Origin: Tetramitus jugosus
Lineage: Eukaryota > Protista > Heterolobosea
DNA: 64,000 nucleotides
Assembly (NCBI GenBank): GCA_937625935.1
Contig: OW569344.1
Span: 620,001-684,000, forward strand
Direction: 5' to 3'
Of the stretch, positions 36,202 to 47,408 are shown one piece after another; positions within the stretch are counted from its first letter, which is position 1; each line of letters starts with the position of its first letter. Both the position numbers and the translations under genes were made by a program. Below the pieces are notes generated by a model. That model searched no databases. It saw only the letters and a list, made by a program, of their open reading frames with translations, and had not been told where the DNA came from.

Positions 36202-38880
36202 CTATTGTAAAAGGCCCTCGATTCGATGTACCAGTTGAACGAATGAAGGTCTCTTGGTTGGTGTTTGATTCCAAGAAGTGGTAATTAGCTGTCTCAACTG
36301 CCCGTACAACTCAACCTCCTGTGCCGTGACTAAACTTTGCGAGACCAACTCTTCGGCAACGGGGAATTTAGGCCGCTCTCCTCTACCCACTAAATTGGCA
36401 ATCTGCATAGGATACATGGCATTGGGGAAAACGGGCAACATGGTTACAATCTCATACATGATGATTGCGAAGCTATAAACATCTCCTGCTTCCTCTATTC
36501 GATCTTGTTCACTCTCTGGGAGTTGAGTTTCTTCAGGTGCCCTCATCTTCTCTGGTGGCATATAATTCCAAGTGGAAACATAAGCAGTCTTGCCCATGGT
36601 TTTCGTCTTTATGCGAGACAACCCAAAATCGCTCACGTGCACATTGTAAGATTCATCGACCAATAAATTAGCTGGTTTCAAATCTCGATGGATCACGGCT
36701 GGGGTTCTTGAGTGAAGATATGCCATACCTTTTGCCACACTCAACAAAAGTCTTACTCGTTGAGGAAGGGTAAATATTTGATTAGCAAGCATTGCGTCTA
36801 ATCCACCCAAGCTCATGTACTTGGTAAATATACATAGTCGCTCTCGATCGCAGCAAACACCATATAATGGAAGAATGTTAGGATGATCCAACAATGACAT
36901 AATTCTCACTTCGTTTAAAAAGTCGCGGAACTCGTCTTTTGTCATATCAGATTCCAGCATAACCTTCATAGCAAACTGTTGCTTCTTTTGAGTGATATCA
37001 TCGATGAGTGTAACAAGAAATACTTGCCCAAAACCACCCTGAGCAATCTTTTTCACGATTGTTACATTCTTATAGTCAATCATTCGAACCTTTAGATTGC
37101 GTAATTCTTTCAATCGCTCATTAAAATCGTCATCTCTATTCTCCTCGATATCAATGTTCGTTTCAGTCGAGTACAATAATGACTCAGCAGGCTGAGATAC
37201 ATTAACTGTGTCTGGTAGTGGTCTGGGTGTATGTGATATGCCACGGAGAGCGTTGATCCATTCCGTTTTTGCCTGTTCAGTAGGAGCTGATAACACTAGT
37301 GTCTCATTTTCTGTCACCAGCTTGAAAACAAATCCTTTACTGTTCTTCACAGCAACGTTTGCATTAATGATAAATTGGTCATGGGCAATCTTGGTCTTGT
37401 GCGTGACAGTCAATGGTTCTTCAGTTCCTAAGCAACAGTACAAGTAATTGAAATCGGATAAGAAAAAATATCTCTCTGTCCATTTTGACAACTTTCTTTG
37501 CTTCGACAACCAGCCGTGATGTAGAGCTCTACTTTGATTTAACACTATACCCTCTGCAAATCTACTGTAATTGTCATTCACCTTCATACTTTTGTCCAAA
37601 ACTGTATATTGAGCCTTCTTCTTGGCATATTTCATGCTTTGTTTCGCTATGTTCTTCTCACTCGCAGCAAGTGTCTGCTTTGTGTTCCACGCAAGCAGCT
37701 TGTTCTCTTCCATTTCACGTTCTAGCTGCGTTAATATGAAGTGAACATGAGATGCTCTCGGCCTTCTTGTGGGATCCTCACTTAAGCACCTAATCACCAA
37801 AACGATATGCTTTTCATCACAACCCACATCCTTCATCCTTCTCTCGACTAGTGTTAAATACGATTCTTCGTTACTTGGAAGGAAAATATCATTTAACATG
37901 CTCACACTACTCAGTGTGATTATCATGTAGAATATAACACCTAGAACAAATACATCTCCCTTGTCAGTATTTTTGCACTTGCTCCATTCACACCCTTGAA
38001 TAGAGCGTTTGATTTCTGGAGCAACAAACGCATTGGACAAGTAAGAATCAGCTCTGTCCTGAACATCCTTCTCATTGAATACATTCACCGACTTTCCGAC
38101 ATCCAACACCAGCCGCGAATACATGTCCGTCATGTAGACATGCTGCGGAATCAGTTCACCCAATCCGTGAACATAACCTAAATGATGCAAATGAGAGATC
38201 ACAGAACTCAGTTGACTCATAAAATTCAATAGTATTTCATCTGAGAAACGACTCATTTCCTTCACACATGGACTCGCCTTCTCCTCCTCCATATAATCCA
38301 TCAAATTATCCGTAAATCTCTGCTTCACAATATAAACATCACTCTTCTCTACATAAATCTTTGTCGTACAAACAAGATTCTCATGCGTCTGCATAAATCT
38401 CATAAATCTCCAATGATCACAATAACTCTTATTGGCATCTTCCAACGATTCAAACGAAAGCTTTGTCGCAATAAATCTCTTACTCGTTTCATAGTCCTCC
38501 ACCAACAATAACTGTTCCCCAGTGATCACTCCTCCACTTTGATCACCTCCACTAACTCGTTCATTCGTGCTGCTACTATTCCTCTTGGAAACAGCGTTCA
38601 TTTCCAGCGTAGAAACCACACGAAAGTCCTTCTCAAATCGTTCCAATCCTTCCACAAAAGCTTCTTCCGCAGTTGTCGCTATTGGACTTAATGGCGACGT
38701 ACTTTCACCACTCTTATTGTCTCTCAAAGACAATCGAGTTGTTGCCGTGCTGTCCACATGAAGCACTTCATGTGCATTGACATTGTTACTTCTCGTTCTC
38801 TTGTGAATGATACTCTTGGCCTTTCTTAGAAAAATGGATTCGTCTTCCACACCTGAAGAAAAAAGATTTGTGTGAAGCAT
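36202..38880 (-). CDS. Pseudokinase-PH-TKL protein kinase
   Basis: C-terminal kinase intact (GGFGQV, AMK, HRDLKPAN, DFG). PH domain (GWLSKQ...W.ERYFFL...EWINAL). N-terminal kinase fold degenerate. Confidence 0.88.
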   Translation of the reverse strand: MLHTNLFSSGVEDESIFLRKAKSIIHKRTRSNNVNAHEVLHVDSTATTRLSLRDNKSGESTSPLSPIATTAEEAFVEGLERFEKDFRVVSTLEMNAVSKRNSSSTNERVSGGDQSGGVITGEQLLLVEDYETSKRFIATKLSFESLEDANKSYCDHWRFMRFMQTHENLVCTTKIYVEKSDVYIVKQRFTDNLMDYMEEEKASPCVKEMSRFSDEILLNFMSQLSSVISHLHHLGYVHGLGELIPQHVYMTDMYSRLVLDVGKSVNVFNEKDVQDRADSYLSNAFVAPEIKRSIQGCEWSKCKNTDKGDVFVLGVIFYMIITLSSVSMLNDIFLPSNEESYLTLVERRMKDVGCDEKHIVLVIRCLSEDPTRRPRASHVHFILTQLEREMEENKLLAWNTKQTLAASEKNIAKQSMKYAKKKAQYTVLDKSMKVNDNYSRFAEGIVLNQSRALHHGWLSKQRKLSKWTERYFFLSDFNYLYCCLGTEEPLTVTHKTKIAHDQFIINANVAVKNSKGFVFKLVTENETLVLSAPTEQAKTEWINALRGISHTPRPLPDTVNVSQPAESLLYSTETNIDIEENRDDDFNERLKELRNLKVRMIDYKNVTIVKKIAQGGFGQVFLVTLIDDITQKKQQFAMKVMLESDMTKDEFRDFLNEVRIMSLLDHPNILPLYGVCCDRERLCIFTKYMSLGGLDAMLANQIFTLPQRVRLLLSVAKGMAYLHSRTPAVIHRDLKPANLLVDESYNVHVSDFGLSRIKTKTMGKTAYVSTWNYMPPEKMRAPEETQLPESEQDRIEEAGDVYSFAIIMYEIVTMLPVFPNAMYPMQIANLVGRGERPKFPVAEELVSQSLVTAQEVELYGQLRQLITTSWNQTPTKRPSFVQLVHRIEGLLQ

Positions 38881-39159
38881 GAGCCCAATAACTATTCTCT
38901 TAGTGTGTGACTTTTTTTTTCAATGTGTTCTGTTGTTGTTGTTTGTGTAGTGAGGGGGTACTCGACGAGTCGGAACAATTTCCCTTTTGTGGCCAGATTA
39001 TCCCGCTTAGTTGTTCTTTATCCAGTGCCTGTGGTATTAATGAGGCAGTCGGAAGCTTCTCGAACTCCTGCCGTTAGAATCCTTGATCAGGCAAACCAAG
39101 CAACGTTGAGTTTCGGACAATCCTTTCAATCTCATTACATATTCAACAAGGAACTTGAA

Positions 39160-39202
39160 CTTAGGAATAACTATTGAATGTCCAGCAATAGTTATTCCTA
39201 AG
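39160..39202. repeat. Perfect 17-bp inverted repeat with 9-nt loop
   Basis: CTTAGGAATAACTATTG-aatgtccag-CAATAGTTATTCCTAAG. Confidence 0.95.
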
Positions 39203-39881
39203 CTGCATCCTCGAAATGTTCATTAACCAACCCCTTCCACACCTAACTCAACCTGAACTTTTGGTTTATTCGGTCTTGGTTTTCATTAAAACGTTGTCCC
39301 ACATATTTAACTCCTTACATTTACTGGAATCAGACTGAAATCGCCATAACCCAACTCACATCCATACTGAATAAAAATATGTATTGCAAGAACGAAAACA
39401 AAGGATGAACAACATTACCGTCAGAAAAGTACTCGCGAGCTCGTTCAAGGGAATGAGAAATCTTCCTGACCTCTCTCACACCAATTGATGGAGATTCATT
39501 AACTATTAGAAGAACTTCGAGGTGTCTTGTCACTGATATCTTTGACTGAGGGAGATTTGATGAACCATTCAAAGAGATGTTCTTGAATTTCTCAGACATA
39601 ATAGAAAGGAACCTATAACTGTTTGATCTCGGTCCAATGTCTAAACATACGGAACGTCAAATTGAGAGCGATGAACAAGCAGCTAATGATGAATTGCAGG
39701 AACTGGTTGATAATTTCAACGCATCCATTGATAGCTGAAGCACTCACCAATTATCTTCAACCACAAACAACCCAGAAGAAAGAATACTTCGTTGACGGCT
39801 TAGATGGATAAAAAACAATTTATCACACAGATAAAATATCTGGTATCTATCGTAAAGCTCTTGAAACATAGAACTTTTGGT

Positions 39882-41069
39882 TTATTCAGTCTTGGTTTTC
39901 TGTTTGTCACTGGTTTTCTTAATGAGGCCACAGAGTCGGAGCATGCCGAACAGAACCTTGCCCGAGCAGTACAATGCAACAATGAGAACCCACAACAAGC
40001 AACAAGCTAACCAGAAGACAATAGTGTTCGACTCTACAAAGGAGCAGGATTTGAATTGATAGGAATAAGCAGCATTTTGACTCGAGTTATCTTTCACAAA
40101 TTCGAACAGTCCAAAATAGCCTCCATGATCACCCATAATCGTTCTCACAGTGTACTCCATCGTTCCGACAGTGTTATTGTGCTTGTACGAGCATCCATGA
40201 TGATCGTGTCCATTAAAGATAAACAGCGGCTTCAACTCATCCAGAATGTACTTTGAAGTCTCAGGTGTCAGCATTGTCTGCTCATGAACATATCCATTCT
40301 CATCTAATCTCTCCAGCATGTACTCATCACCACAATGTGGTTGCTTCTCCTTGTACAGAGGTATATGAGTGAACAGGATAACAGGCAACGGATTTTGCTT
40401 TTCTTTCTGTTCACGAACCAATGTATGCAAGAATCTCCAAGTCTCATTCTCATCATCACCCTCGTAAATGAGTGGCGACTTGTCCAACACTAAAGAGTTC
40501 AAATGGACCAACAAATGCCCATTGCTCTCTTCCTTGTGTTCCTGACTTCCAAAATATCTCTTGAAACGAGCCAATTTGTGAGGAGTGAGCCTAATTTCTG
40601 CTCCGTAGCCAGTGTCATGATTCCCTGCGAGATGAAATTGCTTGGTAATCGTTCGATTGACTCCAAAGTTGGCATGATATCGCCTATGTCGCACATTGTA
40701 CTCTTCTACACTCAGATATTGACTACTGAACAAATCACCCAGCACATACTCGTACTCTGGTTTCAAAAATCGATTGATATTGTGTTGAATCAACCAAAAG
40801 TACCAATCATTGAAATCATTGTTCAATTGACCATAGGTACCCTCTCTCAACACTCTTCCATCACCTTCCATTTGTGGATCTGCAATCAACACGATCCTCG
40901 TCGGAGTAGGAGCAACATTCAACTGACTGTCCGCACCCGCTGTGGTGCCTTGTTCGGGGAATTTCCATTGGCAACTGAGCGGGGAGAAGAGAACGAAATT
41001 GTACAGATAGGTAGGAACGAGAACTGCCAAAAACAGGAATGATATCAGAAGAATGAACCACAATCTCAT
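39882..41069 (-). CDS. ER metallophosphoesterase, Ted1/Cdc1/MPPE1 family (GPI remodelling)
   Basis: N-terminal TM, ADPQ, GDL, GNHD, THIP, GHDH, C-terminal TM and KKxxxKxKxE tail. Confidence 0.85.
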   Translation of the reverse strand: MRLWFILLISFLFLAVLVPTYLYNFVLFSPLSCQWKFPEQGTTAGADSQLNVAPTPTRIVLIADPQMEGDGRVLREGTYGQLNNDFNDWYFWLIQHNINRFLKPEYEYVLGDLFSSQYLSVEEYNVRHRRYHANFGVNRTITKQFHLAGNHDTGYGAEIRLTPHKLARFKRYFGSQEHKEESNGHLLVHLNSLVLDKSPLIYEGDDENETWRFLHTLVREQKEKQNPLPVILFTHIPLYKEKQPHCGDEYMLERLDENGYVHEQTMLTPETSKYILDELKPLFIFNGHDHHGCSYKHNNTVGTMEYTVRTIMGDHGGYFGLFEFVKDNSSQNAAYSYQFKSCSFVESNTIVFWLACCLLWVLIVALYCSGKVLFGMLRLCGLIKKTSDKQKTKTE

Positions 41070-41230
41070 TTCTGTGTTGTTGTTGATCTGGCTTACTTGT
41101 GTTTTTTTTTTTGTTTATTGCTTTTCTGTTTGCACTGTGAAGAATCAGATTCTTTGATTTGGCTGTTGTTGTGACGTATGACAGATCTGCCAACTTTCCG
41201 AATTCCGGATGGATTTACGGAATTCCTGGT

Positions 41231-43213
41231 CTAGAGAACAAAGTAGTTGATCATGCCTGGATGAACTTCTACATAGGTTTCGACAAAGGCTCCCTCCTCA
41301 CCATCGATACTCACGACTGTTCCCTCTTCCTCGGGAACCAACTTAAACACCTGAGTTCTTTCAAAGTTGACTGACTCATGATCGGACAGAACCACTTCAC
41401 CCTCGTCTCCTTTCTCCATCTCGAAGAAATGTTTAACAAAACTGAACCGAGTTGTGGACTTGTCACGAGCTAAAACCCACATCAGGTCTAAGAATTCGCT
41501 GTTGGGATAGGCGCTCATCCCAAGAGGAAAGCCAGATGCGATATGAGAAGTATTGACAGCCAAAATTCCAAAAAAGTCATCTTCGATTGTCACAACTCTT
41601 GGGTTTGATTGCCCATACGGTATCAATTTGTCAGATTGGAAGTTTTCATAGAGCACGGATTGACTATCGACTACAGAAACCATGCTGAATAACTCGGGAA
41701 AGAATGCATGAAGTAAAGGACAGTCTGGTCCATCGGTGGAATCAGATTCAAAAGTTGTTCTTTCTCTCAATTCTTTGGAGTTGTAAACATTAGTTCTTTG
41801 GTTCTTGTGTCTATTCAGCATGTACTTCTCATTTGTTGTGTCATAATTCAAATCTCTCTCATTCAAATCCTGTTTCCCCAGGAACTCCATTCTATCCTCC
41901 TCCGGACAAATGAAAGGGACAAACGAGAGTTTAGCTCGATAGGACCTCTTGAGTAACATTTCTTTGAATGCACCAATTTTGTTGCGAAGAGACGTGATAT
42001 GAAGCTTTCTCAAGATATCTGTCTTGTGTGTTACATTAGCGAGGAAACCAAACATGAGGCATAGAAATGAGTATTCTCTCTTTAGCTCATAGAGTCCTGT
42101 TTCCGAGTTTCTAACTTTTTGGAAAGTACTGCAAATGTCCATCTGCCTCGTAAATCCTCTAGCAACACTAAACGCTGCCAAGGCAACATTCTGTGCTCCA
42201 ATAATAGAAACTTCGAAAGCATTGGTTGATCCACCCGGGATGTTACAGATGGGCAACTTGATTGCTCGTTGCCAATCAGGATGTCTCATCAACCCATTTA
42301 TGCATTCGTGCATGATACCATCCCCACCCACGCAACATATCTCATCCCACATTCCCAGGTCCAACTGCTGGCAAATATCTTGTGCGTGTTGCGCTCTCAG
42401 AGTAAGAATAGTAGTCATCACAACTCCTGGACAGTTGTCGAAGATAGGCTTGGCTCGCTCGTTGAAAGTTGTTAGAGCTGACTTCTTCCCTGCAAAAGGA
42501 TTTATGATGCATAGGATTCTCCTGGTAGGTAACTGCAAAATCATATTCGATGGATCGATAGAGTATATTGAATTCGGTTGATTGAAGAGAGCTGGCCGTA
42601 GCTTTTCGGGAAACCATATGGAAGAAGTCAGCATATGGACCCAAAATGCTCTCTCTTGATCTGTGGAACAAACAAATTGGAAGTCAATCATTTCTTCCTT
42701 GTCGATCAACGTGCAGACAGTAAAGCTGAATGAGTCACTGAGAGCTACACTGGTACTTGTCAGTAATGGACCATCAATCTTAACCGAGTAAATCTCATCT
42801 AGGAAAATACAACCACAATGATTCTCATTCACAAGGTACAGTTCATTGTTGTGAGTTAGCAGCAGTAATAAGTTTGGCAAGCTTGAACCTCCATGCTCTG
42901 GTTCTATTTGGTTCATGAAGCGAACTAGGGACCAAAATCGAATTTCTTCATTCGAAAGCATTGGTTGACTCACGCTCGGGGTTTGGGTTTCCGTTGAAAT
43001 TGGGTATCCGATAATCCTCCTGTAAATCTCTGAATAAGGATGAACTGAAGTACTCAACTCAGAAGTGACAAGGTTTTTATCCTCGATACCAGACTTCTGT
43101 TGTCTGTTGGACAACTTGAGTAAGACATCATTGACGCTCACTGGCTTGGATTGGAGTAATTTCTCAAGGAACATGTAACTTTGTCTGCAAGGATTTTTTG
43201 AAGCTCTTCTCAA
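41231..43213 (-). CDS. Sphingosine/ceramide kinase-like (DAGK catalytic domain) with upstream PH-like region; 5' end uncertain
   Basis: IINPFAGK, GGDG..HE.INGL, IPGGSTNA, MDI, IDGE. Confidence 0.85.
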   Translation of the reverse strand: MRRASKNPCRQSYMFLEKLLQSKPVSVNDVLLKLSNRQQKSGIEDKNLVTSELSTSVHPYSEIYRRIIGYPISTETQTPSVSQPMLSNEEIRFWSLVRFMNQIEPEHGGSSLPNLLLLLTHNNELYLVNENHCGCIFLDEIYSVKIDGPLLTSTSVALSDSFSFTVCTLIDKEEMIDFQFVCSTDQERAFWVHMLTSSIWFPEKLRPALFNQPNSIYSIDPSNMILQLPTRRILCIINPFAGKKSALTTFNERAKPIFDNCPGVVMTTILTLRAQHAQDICQQLDLGMWDEICCVGGDGIMHECINGLMRHPDWQRAIKLPICNIPGGSTNAFEVSIIGAQNVALAAFSVARGFTRQMDICSTFQKVRNSETGLYELKREYSFLCLMFGFLANVTHKTDILRKLHITSLRNKIGAFKEMLLKRSYRAKLSFVPFICPEEDRMEFLGKQDLNERDLNYDTTNEKYMLNRHKNQRTNVYNSKELRERTTFESDSTDGPDCPLLHAFFPELFSMVSVVDSQSVLYENFQSDKLIPYGQSNPRVVTIEDDFFGILAVNTSHIASGFPLGMSAYPNSEFLDLMWVLARDKSTTRFSFVKHFFEMEKGDEGEVVLSDHESVNFERTQVFKLVPEEEGTVVSIDGEEGAFVETYVEVHPGMINYFVL

Positions 43214-43524
43214 CTTTATTCTTGCTCCGCAGGTACTGGTATTCTTTTATTTTTTTATACAAGAGGAAACAGTCAACTGAGCATTCTATTAAAAAAATGT
43301 AGTGCTCAGAGATTGTTTACGGCGACGAGATTATTGACCTACCCGCTGGTTGAACTTGTGGAACTTCTGAATTAGGTATCCTTTTTTTTAAATTGGGTCT
43401 GGTTTGTTTGTGTGATTTCCATTGTTGTGATACTCCGATCCCTGTCCCGTCCTCCCAAACAACTCCTATCTTGTGACACACTGTGTTCCACACGTAGTAA
43501 TCATAAAAACAAACCAAACCCTTG

Positions 43525-45867
43525 ATGAGTCACATGGACAGGAAGCTCTATTCACTGCCCTCACTATTGTTTTTCCTTGTTGTTCTTCTTGTGAACCATC
43601 ATTTTGACTCTTGTTGGTTCACTACTCCTGGCAATAATGAACAACAACAACTAAACACATGGATGGTCGTACGTGCAGAATACAAGCTGGTGTTTAGTCG
43701 ATTTGATACGTACCCTCACTCAAAGAAATGGGATGTTGCATGCCAGAGATCTCCACTCGCATTTGCCCCATTGCCGACGACACATCATGTGACATTGAAC
43801 GGCACAGTGACAAAAAATGAGACTCTGCCCTTGGATATTGACTATCAAATGGTGATTGGCAACACTATATCCATTCAATTTAGCACACCATTGACAAAGA
43901 GTGAGAGAGCACTGGGCAGCTTTTTCTTGAATGAAACATTTTACTTTGCTTATGCAATGCAATATCCTGTCATACTCAATGGTAGCGGTATTCAGCCTCC
44001 GTTCGTTCCTGACCATAACAGTAGTACTCTCTCTTGGAAAAAACTATCGATTAAGACCTTGAAGCATCATCATTTGACTTCGAAATGGTTGACAATACCG
44101 TATTCGCACTCCAATGTGAGTCAAATCGCCTTAAAGGGCTCAAAACTGTTGAATAGTGTTGCGAGCCCTGTCATGCATATTAGATATGTGGAAAATCGAA
44201 CGAGTGAGGGCAAGATTGTCACGCACCATGTCTCCTCTGTTGTTTTCAATGATCTTGGAGCATTCAACCGATCGGAGTGCTTCGATTTAGACAATGTCAA
44301 CTTTTATCATCGGGCATACAAGATGCAAGATTATCGGATCGCTCTGGCTATTCACTCAATTTTCTTTGTACCAATGTTGCTTCTGTTCCTTGTCACATTA
44401 GTGACATGTAGGGGTAGGCTGGCCAAACGAAGAGCACCTGCATCAATCATTGGAGGATTGAGTATCATGTGCGTATTTTTGGTGAGCTTGCCATTCATCA
44501 ATGGTATTCGGTACAGTCAATACAAGGCCAACATTAATTTCAATTCGAAGACAAATGTATGGTACAATTACATACAAGTGATAGGAATTATTCTAGGCCT
44601 AGTAACTGCCGTTACATGCTACACTGCGACAATGGTATGTAGTTATCAATCCCTTCCACATTTGACATGCTGGCTAACACATGATTCCCTTCAGCTCCGA
44701 TTTCTTCACTTCAAATTCATTTACTACTATGCATTCAAGAACATGTCAACACATGGCAAGAGATCTTCAAAGAGTTCAAAAATGTGTGGATTGTTTAATC
44801 ATGTGATGAAACAGTGGAAGATTTTGACCTCGAGATGGTTGTTCTGGCCAATATTTATCCTCTCTGTACTATTGTTGTACATTGCTTTGTCCGTGGTCAC
44901 CACAGCGCTCATTTATGCCAAACGTAAGCCTTCCAAACAAGAATTTGTGACAATGTTCACTGCGCTCGATGTTCTCGATATCAACTACCTAGTTGTTCTC
45001 GGTATTCTCCTGCTCATTTACTTGATCGATACGCTCATGTCTATCAAGGAATTTAGGAAAGGAGTGGTGTACTTTTACTGGGTGAACGATCCATTATTGT
45101 TCCGTCTAGAAGCATTGGTGGCTGTATTCTTGTTTGCTGCTATGGTTGTAGCAATAGTCATCTACTTGAATTACAAGAGTGTTTACACATATGCAAAGGG
45201 ACTATGTTTCGACTTTGCTTACTTCTTCGCAATGATGCTCTTTGGGAACTCTCTCATTTCGTTTATTGAGCTCTACAGGTGGTTCAAAAACTTATTCAAA
45301 AAGAAGAATAATGCAGTGGACAAGGGGGAAAACAATGGTACCGTTACTTTACTGAACTCTTTGAATAATGAAGAGTTCTTTGCATTATTTGAAGACTACT
45401 GCTTGAAGGAATTGTCAAGTGAAAACCTACATGTATTCACAATGCTAGAACAAGCAAAACTCAAGGGCATTCTTGTCCTTGATACCTTTCACGACTTGCA
45501 ACATGATTATATTCGACCTGGATCGAACTTTGAAGTGAACATTACTTCAATAACGCGGTCACAATGTTTGTCTTTGTATGATCAAGCGGCTAAGGACAAA
45601 GTGGATATCGATCCCTCCGCACTGAACGCTCTCTACTACGAAATTTTGAACAATCTCAGTGACACCTTTGCCAGATTCATCGATACGGGCCATTACAAGT
45701 TGTATCAACAAAAGGTGAACCATCTAAAGAAAATGTTTGCAGTCGACTATAATCGAAGCAACAGTATGATATCAGGTGAAAAGCAAAACAGATCAAAATC
45801 CTTCAAGGTACCGAGTCTGCGGAGCGAGCCCGAAACATCAGAGAGAACTGAAAGTACTGGCGAATAA
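43525..45867 (+). CDS. Multi-pass membrane protein with C-terminal RGS domain; probable in-frame intron 44635-44694
   Basis: Signal peptide, about 7 hydrophobic segments, then LNNEEFFALFEDYC.KELSSENL...YI..GS.FEVNI...NL.DTFARF (RGS). Confidence 0.85.
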   Translation: MSHMDRKLYSLPSLLFFLVVLLVNHHFDSCWFTTPGNNEQQQLNTWMVVRAEYKLVFSRFDTYPHSKKWDVACQRSPLAFAPLPTTHHVTLNGTVTKNETLPLDIDYQMVIGNTISIQFSTPLTKSERALGSFFLNETFYFAYAMQYPVILNGSGIQPPFVPDHNSSTLSWKKLSIKTLKHHHLTSKWLTIPYSHSNVSQIALKGSKLLNSVASPVMHIRYVENRTSEGKIVTHHVSSVVFNDLGAFNRSECFDLDNVNFYHRAYKMQDYRIALAIHSIFFVPMLLLFLVTLVTCRGRLAKRRAPASIIGGLSIMCVFLVSLPFINGIRYSQYKANINFNSKTNVWYNYIQVIGIILGLVTAVTCYTATMVCSYQSLPHLTCWLTHDSLQLRFLHFKFIYYYAFKNMSTHGKRSSKSSKMCGLFNHVMKQWKILTSRWLFWPIFILSVLLLYIALSVVTTALIYAKRKPSKQEFVTMFTALDVLDINYLVVLGILLLIYLIDTLMSIKEFRKGVVYFYWVNDPLLFRLEALVAVFLFAAMVVAIVIYLNYKSVYTYAKGLCFDFAYFFAMMLFGNSLISFIELYRWFKNLFKKKNNAVDKGENNGTVTLLNSLNNEEFFALFEDYCLKELSSENLHVFTMLEQAKLKGILVLDTFHDLQHDYIRPGSNFEVNITSITRSQCLSLYDQAAKDKVDIDPSALNALYYEILNNLSDTFARFIDTGHYKLYQQKVNHLKKMFAVDYNRSNSMISGEKQNRSKSFKVPSLRSEPETSERTESTGE

Positions 45868-46072
45868 ACAAGCTATCAATGAACAAATACGTTTTTGTAT
45901 CCAGAACAAAAAAGCCTACATTACTGAGGGTTCTCGAGTAGTCTCCTATCTCAATACTAACTCAGTGCTTAACTTCTCTATTCGAAATGGGAAGAGGTGG
46001 TTCCACCATTGTATGAACGTAGACATCAAACATGTTTTTTCACATATTTTGGCCGTTTCGGCAAAAGAGGAT

Positions 46073-46227
46073 GACCAGGAGGATATTGCTACGAGCGTCA
46101 TTGGGAATTAATCAGAAGACCAAGAGCCATCGCTCAATGAGCGATGGCTGATGAAAATGTATTGATAATAAAGTGAGCAACCGCAATGGTTGTATTAAAA
46201 AAAAAAAAAAAGACCAGGAGGATATTG
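46073..46227 (+). mobile_element. Short poly(A)-tailed retro-insertion (SINE or 5'-truncated non-LTR element) with 16-bp target-site duplication
   Basis: GACCAGGAGGATATTG at 46073-46088 and 46212-46227 flank 123 bp containing a 12-bp hairpin (46125-46149), AATAAA (46167-46172) and A15 (46197-46211). Confidence 0.8.
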
Positions 46228-46326
46228 ATGGAGGAACTGGTATGGTAATCCCTCTCGATGATCAGGAGCAAGATCGAGAAGGGAGAGAAAAATTTCTTCT
46301 TGGGTTTATTCCAGAAATTTCACTTT

Positions 46327-47058
46327 TCAAAATTGTTTACATCCAGCTGGTTTAGGTCCCTCGTAAACATAACAAACAAACGGCAACATGTTGAATTCTA
46401 TATTGTTCTTCACCCACTCTGTGGTTTGTCCGTTCAGACCCATCCATGGCAACTGAAAGCTAGGGAAAGTCTTCAAGCTCTTTGTAGCCAAGGCCATTTG
46501 GTGCATCACCTGATTGCCAAGCTCACCATTGACACATGCATCCATCTCTTCAATATCAAGGTCAAAGTGAGGAGCACAGTCATGTGCAGCTGGAAGAGGA
46601 TCCAAAAATCGAATGTACAAGTTATTTGACATACAATTGATGAACGGGAGAGCTCTAGCTGAGTCATTACCCTTCAAAGCAATAGCACAGGCTTGATACA
46701 TGTTTCCCTCACATTCTATTGTTCCGTGATCACACTTGAACTGATATTGGTTGTTCTTTCCAATGGTTTCATTGGCCTTGCCAAATGGAACTAAACGCAG
46801 ATTGATAATCTCAGAGAGTCCCTGTGCTTGCATTGTGGGATACACCTCAGTTGTGATGAACTGCAAGGAGAAAAAGTCTTGTGTTTCATAGTAGACGTCC
46901 AGATTCAACTTTTCAGCATCGCCAGAAGCAGTATCAGCTGAAACCTTGTTGGTTGTGGTCTTGTGGTGGCGGTAGTGAACCTTCCTCTTTGAAGCCAAAA
47001 GTACGTTTAACAAACAAAAGATGAGCACCAAGAAGATGACGAGTTTGGAAGATTGCAT
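46327..47058 (-). CDS. GILT (lysosomal thiol reductase) family protein, paralogue 1, active-site CXXC absent
   Basis: Signal peptide, VYYETQDFFS..FI, LVPFGKA, CDHG..EC.GN signature. Confidence 0.88.
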   Translation of the reverse strand: MQSSKLVIFLVLIFCLLNVLLASKRKVHYRHHKTTTNKVSADTASGDAEKLNLDVYYETQDFFSLQFITTEVYPTMQAQGLSEIINLRLVPFGKANETIGKNNQYQFKCDHGTIECEGNMYQACAIALKGNDSARALPFINCMSNNLYIRFLDPLPAAHDCAPHFDLDIEEMDACVNGELGNQVMHQMALATKSLKTFPSFQLPWMGLNGQTTEWVKNNIEFNMLPFVCYVYEGPKPAGCKQF

Positions 47059-47408
47059 GCTGTCGTTGTTAAGTTGTGTGAGTTGTTGGTGTGTTTTTTT
47101 CCGTTTCAGAATAAGGTTGTTCTGAAGGGAGGGACTATCGGGTAAGATCTACGGAGGATTTCGATCGGAACTATTTTGATTGTACAAGAAACGGAAGATT
47201 TACTTCCCAAAGCATTTCGTTAATCCTGACTTCCTTACGTGGACAATTGTTTCTGAGATCCATATCTTTAAAAGCCAGCTGCAAGTTATCAAACTCCTCA
47301 TGGTAGTGAAGCGGAGCGATATGAAGCTCAATTTGTGAAGGTCTGCAATGGTGCAGTCTCTAGAGAATAAACACCAAGATTTAACTTTATTGTTCACGAT
47401 GTTTCTAT

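Noticed and set aside
39330-39811. Short ORFs in the kinase-phosphoesterase intergenic region
   Set aside because: No recognisable motifs and frequent stops; at best decayed sequence.
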